From assembly GCA_000388065.2 (NCBI GenBank), contig KB932208.1: a DNA stretch of 21,190 nucleotides. One strand, given 5' to 3'. The position numbers and the translations under genes were made by a program. How positions within the stretch are numbered: the first letter of the stretch is position 1; each line of letters opens with the position of its first letter. Positions 9,720-19,178 of this stretch are shown in pieces. Below the pieces are notes generated by a model. That model was given only the letters and a program-made list of their open reading frames with translations. It was not told the origin of the DNA and did no database searches. Source of the DNA: Fonticula alba ATCC 38817 (lineage: Eukaryota > Protista > Nucleariida).

Positions 9720-12118
9720 ATGCAGGCGCCCATCCCGCGCGCCCCCTCCGGGCACACGTCGTGCGACACGATTGCCTTGCATAAGCGCCACTATGATCTG
9801 GGAATCCAGGAATGCATGGGCGCTGTACGGATAGATGAGACCGGCACCCAGCCGCTGGTGGCCATCGAAAAGTACCGGATCGCTTGTCAGCACTGGCATC
9901 AGGCCTTGCAGATGCGGCCCTTCTTCACCGAGGCCGAATGGTATGTCCCGCTCACCGACGACTTTTGCTCCGTCCCCTTGTCTGTTTGCACCCGTGTCTT
10001 GCTGACACCCAAAATGTCTCCCTCTGTGTCCCTCTGTGTCCCTCTGTATCCCTCTGTGTCCCTCTGTCTCCCTCTGCCTCTCTCTCTCTCCCCCCCTCTC
10101 CCCCCCTCTCCCCCCCTCTCCACCTCTCTCCACCTCCCCCCCGGGACCGCGACGTACATAGGCAAAATGTGGCGGACCTGGACAGGCGAATCAGTTCCAA
10201 CTTTCAGCAAACCCTGGACCGACTCTTCTTCCTGGAGGCCCGCCATCTGAATCAGAAATCCACGCACCTGGGCCGAGATATCCCCCCTCTGCCGGACTTC
10301 GGCGCCGGGCCCGCGACCCGCCGATCGATCGACACCTATGACGATGGTGAGCCGGTGGTGGATTTCATCACCGCGGCCACCGACTACATCGGCAGCTTCT
10401 TTGGGTTCTCCCCGGCTGCGGCCACCTCGAGTGCCGCGCCCGCGGCGGCGCCCACGCCCGGCGCGGTTGCCACAGCGCCCGCGGGGAACCCCCCCCGTGC
10501 CGCCATCTCGGCTCGCTCGGTGGCCCCGGCCACACGCGCCTCCCTCCCGCCGGCCCAAGCCCCCAGAGGCGAGACCCTTCCCCCGCACCTCCCGGCCAAC
10601 CTCCCCTTCCCCGGGCGGGCATCCACGAATGTGCCCCCCTCGGCCGCACCGGCCCCCATGGCCCGGGGGTCGGTCACTTCCCGGGCAGCCGGTGCCGGGG
10701 CCAGCTCCGCCCTGGCCGGCATCGACCCGCAGCTGGCCAACTCCATCCTGGATGATGTGATCACGCCGGGCAGTGCGCGCGACAATGGCCCGGCCTGGGA
10801 CGACATCGCCGGGCTGGCCAACGCCAAGCAGGCTCTGCATGAGGCGGTCATCCTGCCGGCCCTGCGGCCGGACCTCTTTTCCGGCCTCCGGGCGCCGGTC
10901 AGTGGGATTCTCCTCTTCGGCCCGCCCGGGACCGGGAAAACCCTGCTGGCACGGGCATGCGCCTCGCAAGCGCGGTGCACCTTTTTCAACATCTCGGCCG
11001 CCTCGCTGACGGCCAAATATGTGCGGCCTTCCCCCCCCCCCCCCCCCCCCCCCACTTCTCCTCGCCCTCTCCCCTGCTCTGGCCCTCCCTTCCTTTCGTT
11101 GATTCTCCAATGCTGACTCTCGCCGGCCCGGCCACCGATGTGCTCGGGTCCATGGGATTGCAGGTCGGCGACTCGGAAAAGCGCGTGCGGGCTCTCTTTG
11201 CCCTGGCGCGGGAGCTGGCGCCATCGATCATCTTCGTGGACGAAATTGACTCCATTCTGTCCGAGCGATCGGACAATGAGCATGAGGCGGCGCGGCGGCT
11301 GAAGACCGAGTTCCTCATCCAGTTTGATGGGGTGGTTTCCAACTCGGACCCGGCCGCACCGCGGGTTCTGGTTTTGGCGGCCACCAATCGCCCCGGCGAG
11401 TTGGACCAGGCCGTTCGTCGTCGTCTTGTACGCTGCCTCACTCGGCCCTGTCCCTGTCTTTTTTTCCCCCTCCTGCGGCCGGGCTTTTCCTCCTGTGGGG
11501 CCGGTCCTCAGGCGGGCATGGGCTGCTGCTGACATCCTTCTTCTTTGGACCCCGCCCCCCCCCCNNNNNNNNNNNNNNNNNNNNNNNNNNCCCTCCCCCC
11601 CTCCCGCCGGGCCGCCGCCTGTTTGGTTGGGACGTCGCCCCCTGCTCGAGGTAGTCCCGGAGGATTTACATCCCCCTGCCGGATCTGGAAGCGCGGGTCC
11701 AGTGCATCAGTCGCATCCTGCAATCCAATGCCACCGCGCGACACGCCATGTCCCCGAGCGATGTGCGCGAGTGCGCGCGCCTCACGGAGGGCTACTCGCC
11801 GGCGGATCTGGCCCAGCTGTGCAAGGAGGCCGCCATGCTGCCCATTCGCGAGCTCGGCAGCCGGGTGCAATCTGTCCGGGCAAATGATGTGCGTCTCGGC
11901 GCGCATGTGCTGGCGCTGCTCGAATTCCCCTCACCCCCGCTCGCTTTGGTCTAACTCCCTTCGGACCCGTGGCTCCCGTCTCCCAGGTCCGGCCGATTGG
12001 GCTGCAGGACTTCCGGTCAGCCCTGGCGCGCATCCGGCCCACCGTGTCACCGGGGTCCCTGCGCGATTTGGAGCGCTTTGACAGGGAGTTTGGATCCTAC
12101 TCCCAGGGGGACATTTAG
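9720..12118 (+). CDS. SPAST: Spastin-like microtubule-severing AAA ATPase (MIT domain, AAA module, Vps4_C), 5 exons, about 569 aa
   Basis: Exons 9720-9940, 10162-11020, 11164-11427, 11655-11888, 11987-12118, all phase-consistent. MIT-like helices [39 protein letters not shown]. Walker A GPPGTGKT; pore loop [15 protein letters not shown]; Walker B IIFVDEID; [19 protein letters not shown]; [16 protein letters not shown]; C-terminal IRPTVS..FDREFG. MIT plus [13 protein letters not shown] is the spastin pattern. The exact 5' end is uncertain (see findings). Confidence 0.92.
10021..10080 (+). repeat. 10-bp tandem repeat (CCTCTGTGTC), 6 copies, degenerate, in spastin intron 1
   Basis: A period of 10 is visible across one full sequence line. 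Confidence 0.9.
11565..11590. other. Assembly gap (26 N) inside spastin intron 3
   Basis: N-run flanked by C-runs. Confidence 1.
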
Positions 12119-12454
12119 CATCGGCGCCCCCCCCCCCCCCCTGTGCATATGCTTGTTCCGGGGCCATGTCCCTGCCGTGTTGGCCCGGCTTCCTTGCCTC
12201 CCCTCCCTTCCTTGCTGCCTTCCTTCTCGCCGCTGCCGCTCTGCCCCGGTTCGAGCGAATATATAGAGCCGGGGCGACCGTCGAGTACTCTTTCTTTTTC
12301 CTGTGTTTATTTTTTCTCGATCCCGCGCCTCCTCCATCCCCACTCCAGCGGCGGAGGAGCACGAGGCATCGACTGCGAGCAGGGGGCGGCGGCGCGGGGC
12401 CGGACAGAGGGGCTCCACACCGGGCACACGTGCGCACACATGCCGGCACCATGT

Positions 12455-14715
12455 TCACAGTGTGGCCGTCTCGTAGTACGAGTTTCGCCAGACAGCCAGG
12501 TAGTCCTGCACAAGGCCTGCGCCGTGGGGATGGCCATCGTCCATTTGCCGGCCGACGGATGTGCGTGTCAGTCGGGCCCCCGGCCATGGGTCGCGGTGGC
12601 ATGGCGAGGGGATCATCGGCGGACGCACCTCCGGTGAAGCCAATCAGCGGCTTGTCCGACAGCCAGGCGCCCAGCGATGAGAGGGCCGATCTGAGGCCGG
12701 TTCGAGTGCGATGGATGTGTGATGGATGTGTGTGTGTGTGTGTGCGTGGCGGGGGTCAGGATCAGAGGGAGCTGAGGGCGAACGGGCGAGCGAACAAGCG
12801 AACGAGCAAAAGAGAGCAAGCCCAGCGGGGCGTGTGGCAATGCGCCCTGGCACCGGCGGCGCACCCTATTCCCGAGCTGAAGGCCGGCTCGCGGAGCAGC
12901 CACCAAATGAGCCGGCCCTGGCGGTCGTCCAGCTCCTGGCGCTCGGCCTCCGAGTATCGGATGTCGCGCGCGTCCCACCCGGGCACAAGGGCATCCAGGC
13001 CGTTGGACACCGGCTCCGGGAGGGGAACCCCCCCGGACGCGGGGAACCCCAAGCGTTGGAAGAAGGTCCGGAGCAGGGCCACCAGATGCCCGAGGCTGCC
13101 GGCATCGGCGAACCCTCCACGCCCGGCCCCCGCGCGGTACCGGTGCACCAGCAGGCAGGACACTTCCAGCAGGGCTGACAGGGCCCACGCCTGCCAGAGG
13201 GCCGATCGCCGGCCGCCGGCCGACCGCCGGCCCAGCGACCGAGTCATCAGGGCCACGTACAGCAGCGGGCGCAGGGCATGCAGCACCTCGATCACCAGGC
13301 CGAAGGTGTCCAGCCGCCGGCCGGCAGGGCCGCCGCATGTCGGGCGCGCCAGCGAATCGTTGACCGGCTCGCACCGGGCCAGCTCTTTGAGGTACCGGCG
13401 GCCGGTGTCGCCGCCGAGACCCCCGGCGGCCGGGGGTTCCTCGCCCAGGGCCCCGGGCGATGGGGGGCCCTTGAACACGGGAAACACCCGGCCTGTGCGG
13501 CTGCCCCGCCAGAAGGACACACCACCCGGGCCGGGGGAGATTGAGCCGGCGTCGGCGGGCTTGGCGCCGGGGGCCGCCGGGGCGGCGCCCACTTCGACGG
13601 CCGCCGCACGGGCCTTGGCGCGATCGGTTTCCGGCACCAGCGACTGCGTAAGTAGCATGCGCCGCCGAGTGAAAAGGGCATACAGCCTGCAAAAGGCCCT
13701 GTCATGTGCGATTGTCATGTCAATGTGCCTTGCCGGCGTGGGGGCACGCACTGGTGCGAGGCAAATGCACCCGAGCAGTCGGCCCATAGCCCGACATGAG
13801 GGTGTGCGTGTGTGTGCGTGTGTGTGTGTGTGTGTGCGCGCGCCATCGGCCGAATGTGACCACGCACTTGACCACCTCAAAGGTGAGGATCAGACTCCAG
13901 CGCCAGGATCGCGGCCGGGCCAGGGTCTGTTGCAGGGGCTGGCCGGCGGTTCGGTCGACGCTGGCGCCGAAGAGCTCGGCCGACAGCTGCAGCTGCTTCA
14001 GCACCTCCAGCAGGTAGGACGCAAAGCGATACACCTGCGCCGATCGGGGGGCGGCCGCCGGGGCGGTGCCGGCATCCGGCGAGGCGGACGCAGACGCCGG
14101 CGTCCTGGCCGGCTCAATGTCCCGGGTAAGGGTGCGCGCGCGGGGGTCGGCCGGGACGTATCGGCCGCCGGCCGCCTGGCGGAGGCCATAGTCATACAAG
14201 ACCGAGTGCAGTCCGGGCAGGGCGTGACCTGGTTCGCGGGTCGAGAGGATGAGGTGGTTGGTGACGCACATCGAGAGAGCGGGCGGCCGCATGGTGTGTA
14301 TGTATGTGTGTGCGTGTGTGTGTGTGTGTGTGCAGCAGGGAAGGGGGGGAGGACGGTGAGAGGCGGGCTACGCACACACTTGGGACACGGTCTCCCGTGC
14401 GGGGATCCACGCGGGCACCGAGTAGGCGAAGAGGTGGACACCGCGCTCGATGTTAGTCACCAGGCCGGGGTCCAGGTGCAGCACGGCATCCAGATACTGG
14501 GACCCAAGCTGGCGCGTGGTCGAGACCACGGAGGCGGCCGCGGCGGTGAGGGTCCGGCCCACGGCGGTCATGCCATCTGGCGGGGTGGGGCCAGGGCCCG
14601 GGGACTCGGCGATCGAGGCGACCGGCGGGACAGGAGTGTCATCCTGGGCCGCTTCCGGCCAGTCGTCGACGGCTGGGCGCTCGGCCGAGCGATCGGGCCT
14701 AGTCTTCGTGGCCAT
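12455..14715 (-). CDS. PEX16: Peroxisomal biogenesis factor 16 (peroxin 16), 5 exons, about 552 aa
   Basis: Exons 14715-14376, 14228-13868, 13698-12865, 12690-12629, 12516-12455; summed length 1659 nt is in frame. Pex16-type motifs: ETVSQVCHALPGLHSVLYD; LEVLKQLQLSAELF..RWSLILTFEVVKAFCRL..LVPETDR; EVLHALRPLLYV..WQAWALSALLEV; ERQELDDRQGRLIWWLLREPAF; KPLIG..VQDYLAVWRNSYYET*. An N-gap lies 20 bp upstream of the ATG, so an extra 5' exon cannot be excluded. Confidence 0.88.
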
Positions 14716-14735
14716 GGCTGTGTGTGTGTGGGGGG

Positions 14736-14954
14736 NNNNNNNNNNNNNNNNNNNNNNNNNNNNNNNNNNNNNNNNNNNNNNNNNNNNNNNNNNNNNNNNN
14801 NNNNNNNNNNNNNNNNNNNNNNNNNNNNNNNNNNNNNNNNNNNNNNNNNNNNNNNNNNNNNNNNNNNNNNNNNNNNNNNNNNNNNNNNNNNNNNNNNNNN
14901 NNNNNNNNNNNNNNNNNNNNNNNNNNNNNNNNNNNNNNNNNNNNNNNNNNNNNC
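14736..14954. other. Assembly gap (219 N) just upstream of PEX16
   Basis: N-run preceded by a G-run. Confidence 1.
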
Positions 14955-15246
14955 TGCCGGGGGATCCTGCCGGGAGATGGGGCGGCTTGGGCCCCCTCTT
15001 GAGGAGGGCCCGATCCCCGGGGCGGCTGCGGACAGGGTCGACGACACTCAGGAAAGCAGACAGCCCGTGTGTCGCTTGGACTTCTCCTCCGTCAGTGTGT
15101 TTCATCCCCCCCCCCCGTCCAAGCGAGGGGGACCGCCGCGCATCGGAGCACGTTACCGAGGCGCACAACGGCCGGGGAGACCCAGACGCCCGGGGCGAAG
15201 CCGCCCCACAGAGATCGAACGAGATCGCGTCGTAGACATGTTCCGC

Positions 15247-15256
15247 GTCACGTGAC
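15247..15256. promoter_or_regulatory. Perfect palindromic E-box GTCACGTGAC about 530 bp upstream of the PEX16 ATG
   Basis: The 10-bp palindrome matches the bHLH-ZIP (CLEAR/Cbf1-type) site consensus. Function is not shown. Confidence 0.35.
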
Positions 15257-15677
15257 CAGGCCCGGGGTGATTTGGGCCTCCGGCGTGGTTGAGTGTGTGT
15301 GTGTGTGTGCCTGTGTGTGTATTTGCACAGGGGGTGTGCGTGTTTCCCCCCCCCTTCCCCCCCCCGCCCGAGAGAAGAAGAACTAAAAACTAACGTGTAT
15401 ATTGTCGGGCCAAAAAAAAAAGATCGAAGGGCGGGGAGAGGGGTCGGCCAGCAAGGCAAGGCAAGTGCGCAGGAGCCAGACCGCGGGAGGGGGAGGGGGA
15501 GAGGTGGAGCTGCGCACAGGCTCTGCTTTCGCGCGGGAAGGGGAGGGCAGTCCGCCCACACACAGCTCTGCGCGGCGCGGATATACTGCATCCAGCGCGG
15601 GGGAGCATGAGGGAGGGAGAGTATGATGAAAGGAGGGGGGGGGGCGGAGGAGGAGGAAAGGGCAGCACCAGCCAGAC

Positions 15678-15927
15678 TCAGGTGGAAATCGGGCAGAAGT
15701 CGTCGCCGACGCTGAGGAAATGCCGGAGACAGGGGTGGGTGGCGAACTTGCCGGTGACGAAGGCCACAGCGCGGGCGCACGCCTCCAGGAGCGAGGTGCT
15801 GACATTGGCCGCGACGTCGCACTCACTGGGAGGCGGGTTTGGGCGGGCACAGGGCAAGTGCGATCGGGGAGGGGGGGGGGGGAGAGAGAGAGAGGCGAGC
15901 ATGTGGCGAAAGTGGGTCAGCACCGGG

Positions 15928-16004
<77 letters not shown>

Positions 16005-18699
16005 GCGTGTGGGTGGCCAGGGGGCGCGGCAGCCTCCGAATGCGACGTACCGATGGTAGCACGCGTCGTACGGCATGTGCGGGAAGCCGCCATAGAGGTC
16101 GGCCTCGAGCGGGGTCTTCAGCGACCCGGCGCCCGTGGCCAGGCCACTGGACGGCACGCCGGCCTCCAGGAAGGACAGGTAGTCGGACCCACCGTCGAGG
16201 GGGGTGTAGGCGAAGGGAATGGCCGGGTTGGCCACCTGGCCGAAGTAGTGGCCGATGGTCTCGCCGATGCGGGTGCTGGCATTGCGCATGGGCTCCGGGA
16301 AGTCGGCATACGGCCAGTCGATGGTGGGAGTGCCGGTGTACACCATGGGCAGGCCATTGAGCGAGCCCAGCATGTCCAAGTTGACGTAGGCCACCGCAGG
16401 GAAGGGGTCCACCCCCGGCGGGGGCGTGGACGAGCCGGAGCTGCCGGAGCTGCCGGAGTTGCCGGAAGAGGAGGCGCCGGTGTGCTTCTGCTGGGCCAGG
16501 CCCAAACCCACTGGAGGGTAGACAAAGTGATCGCGCACGTGGTACCGCGAGCCAAAGAGCCCGGTCTCCTCGGCGCCCCACCAGGCGAACCGCACCGGGT
16601 TGACTGAGCGCTCGTGCAGCTTCTCGGCATGGAATCGCAGGACTGCGCAGCCGACGGGGAGGGGGGACACGGGGGGAGAGGTGAGACCATGCGACGGGGG
16701 CCGCGCGCTGCGCAGGCAAAGAGAGCGAGGGAAGGGGGGGGGGAGGGGCCGGTTCGGGAAGGCCAAAAAAATTTGGGAACCGGGCCCCGGAAGCCCGCCG
16801 GGCCGGAGAACATGGAAAAGAAGACGGAGACGGCCGGAGCAAGAGCAAAGAGGGGCGCGGACAGGAGCAGGGACGGGGGAGGAGGGAAAAAGGGGGGAGA
16901 CGCTGGGGGGGGGGGGCACGGCCAAGAAACTTGCGTACCCAGCTCCAGCAGCGCCGCCGAGCCGGAGGCATTGTCATTGAGCCCGGGTCCGGCCGGGACC
17001 GAGTCCAGGTGCGCGCCGACCAGCAGCAGGTCCGTCGACAGGGGAGCCCCGGGGGCCGGGGCAGTGCGACCGTCCGGGCTGGCGGCCCGCGCCGGCGGCA
17101 CATGGACCACCAGGTTGAAGGTCTCGGCCAGGCGGAGCTCGGCATCCATGCTGAAGGAGAGCGTGCTCAGGGGCCCGCCACTGAGCAGGACCCCGGAAAC
17201 GGTGGAGGACACCGACATGACCGGGACCTGGACCAGCGGGTCCCCAAGGCGCCAGGCCTCCGGCAGCATGTACGGGCGCCGGAGGCCGCCGGCCGAGGCC
17301 GGGCTCACAACCATCACCAAGGCCGCCAGCTCGAAGACCGGGGTGTCGGGCTGGCGCGCGGCCAGGGCCGCCTGCGCGGCCAGCACGCGATCCAGCGCAC
17401 TGCAGGGGGCCGCCAGCGTCGCCATGTGGGCGGGGGCCGCCGGGGACTCGGTCTGCAGCAGCAGGCCCAGGGCGCCGGCCGGCGGCTCGGGCAGCAGCCC
17501 GGCATAGTCCTCCGGCTGGCAGCCCGTCTCGGCCGGGATGGATACCACCTGCCCGACGGTGGTGTCAACGTGCGTGGCATTGCTGCCGTACGAGAGGACC
17601 GAGAAGTCCTGCCCCGGGACCAGGGCCAGCGGCATCGGCGTCAGGATGTCCATGGCGCCGGCGGTGCGATGCACGTGCAGCGGAGTGTCGAAGTATTCGC
17701 GCTGGACGTCGCTGTGTGTGTGTGCGTGCGTGCGTGCGCGCGTGCGCGCGTGGGGGAAGAGCGAGGTCAGCGGAAGGGGGAAGGCGTGGGCAGAGGCGCA
17801 AGCGGAAGGGGGAAGGCGTGGGCAGGGGCGCCAGCGGACGGGGCCGGCGGCCAAGAGGGCAGCGGATGGGGGCGCGGATGCAAGCAGGCAGCGGGGGGAG
17901 GGGGGGGGGCAGAGGGGCAGGGCACACGCGTGCTCACGCACAAGGTGGTGTTCTGGCGCAGGGCCGCCTCGATGTAGAGAGCCGACGCCTCGTAGCCGAG
18001 GGTGTCGGCCGCGCGGGTGGGCAGCCCGGCGCCGGGGGCCTGCTGGTGGGCGGCGGCCAGGACGGCGGCCAGGGCATCCGCCGACACCGGGGTGTAATCC
18101 ACGGCCACCGGGGCCAGGGACGAGGGCCGGCCATGCCCGGGGATGGCGGCCACCCCGCCGGCCACCGAGGCCACCGGGATGAAGGCGGCCCGGCGGATGT
18201 CGGCCGAGGCGGAGGCCAGCGCGGCGTCCGTGAAGGCGCCCAGATGCGTCAGCAGCGAGCGTGCCTCGATGGCCATGCTCAAGCGCTCGCCCTCCTTTAC
18301 CGGGGTGGCCAGCGACGTGCGCACGGCCAGCGAGATGACCACGGCGCTGCCGATGAAGATGGCCACCACCGAGGCCAGGGAGAGGTAGATCTGCCAGCGG
18401 GCCGGCGGACGGGCGTCCGGCCCAGGAGGAAGCGACCCGGTGGACCCGCCACCGAGGGCGCCCTCATCGTCGTCGCTGGAGCCGGCGCCGAAGGGGGCCG
18501 CCTCGTCGGTGCACTCGTCGGCATACAGGTCCCCGCCGACGCCGGTGCCCCCCTGCCCGTAGTGCCGGTACGTCTGGTCGGCACGGCTCGGCCGCAGAGG
18601 GGTGGTGTCCAGGCCTGGCGAGGGGATGTCCGAGTCGCAGGAGGACATCATCGGGTGGGCCGAGGAATCGGCCGACCGCAAGGAGGAGGGCGATTGCAT
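15678..18699 (-). CDS. Type II membrane M28-family zinc aminopeptidase (aminopeptidase Y / S. griseus aminopeptidase-like) with a probable PA domain, 4 exons, about 756 aa
   Basis: Exons 18699-17942, 17711-16939, 16642-16051, 15825-15678; summed length 2271 nt is in frame. Complete M28 metal-ligand set: GAHLDSV, GLNDNASGSAALLE, FAWWGAEETGLFGS, YVNLDM, CYHRECD. PA-like segment ETGCQPEDY..ALGLLL..CSALDRVLAAQ..AALVMV..VPVMSVS. Single TM WQIYLSLASVVAIFIGSAVVISLAV at 18396-18322. The start could instead be the MM at 18651. Confidence 0.92.
15927..16002 (+). repeat. (GTGC)19 tetranucleotide microsatellite in peptidase intron 3, reading (GCAC)n on the sense strand
   Basis: Pure run read directly. 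Confidence 0.95.
17713..17750 (-). repeat. GCAC/CA repeat abutting the 3' splice site of peptidase intron 1
   Basis: The sense strand reads ...GCACGCACGCACACACACACAG before exon 2 at 17711. Confidence 0.85.
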
Positions 18700-18916
18700 G
18701 GAGCTGTTAATCGACGGCGAGCCCGGGTCGCTGTGGAGGGGGGGATAGTGGGGGTGGGCTGGCAGGAGCGAGGGTGCAGCAGGGGGGGGGGGGGGGGGGA
18801 GGGGGCGAGGGTGGTCGGGCAACCGGAGGCGGCCACCGGTGGGCGGGCTGCTGCGTAAGCGTGGTGGTTCGGTGGCGGGATGGGGCTCGAGGCAGGCAGG
18901 CAGGCGGGACTCGCCA

Positions 18917-19178
18917 NNNNNNNNNNNNNNNNNNNNNNNNNNNNNNNNNNNNNNNNNNNNNNNNNNNNNNNNNNNNNNNNNNNNNNNNNNNNNNNNNNNN
19001 NNNNNNNNNNNNNNNNNNNNNNNNNNNNNNNNNNNNNNNNNNNNNNNNNNNNNNNNNNNNNNNNNNNNNNNNNNNNNNNNNNNNNNNNNNNNNNNNNNNN
19101 NNNNNNNNNNNNNNNNNNNNNNNNNNNNNNNNNNNNNNNNNNNNNNNNNNNNNNNNNNNNNNNNNNNNNNNNNNNNNN
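18917..19178. other. Assembly gap (262 N) upstream of the M28 peptidase
   Basis: N-run. Confidence 1.

Noticed and set aside
11790-11810. GYSPADL instead of the usual GYSG(S/A)DL, suggesting an inactive ATPase
   Set aside because: Walker A and B, pore loops and arginine fingers are intact. One substitution is not enough to call loss of function.
9720-12118. Assignment as katanin p60, fidgetin or Vps4
   Set aside because: An N-terminal MIT domain together with [25 protein letters not shown] and [12 protein letters not shown] fits spastin best. Formal phylogeny was not run.
15208-15214. ACAGAGA, the U6 snRNA core motif
   Set aside because: The flanking U6 sequence (AGAUUAGCAUGG) is absent. 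A 7-mer match is expected by chance.
15678-18699. Recent horizontal transfer of a bacterial-type M28 peptidase
   Set aside because: It has three host-type introns and host-like codon usage, and similar enzymes exist in fungi. Transfer cannot be supported without a phylogeny.
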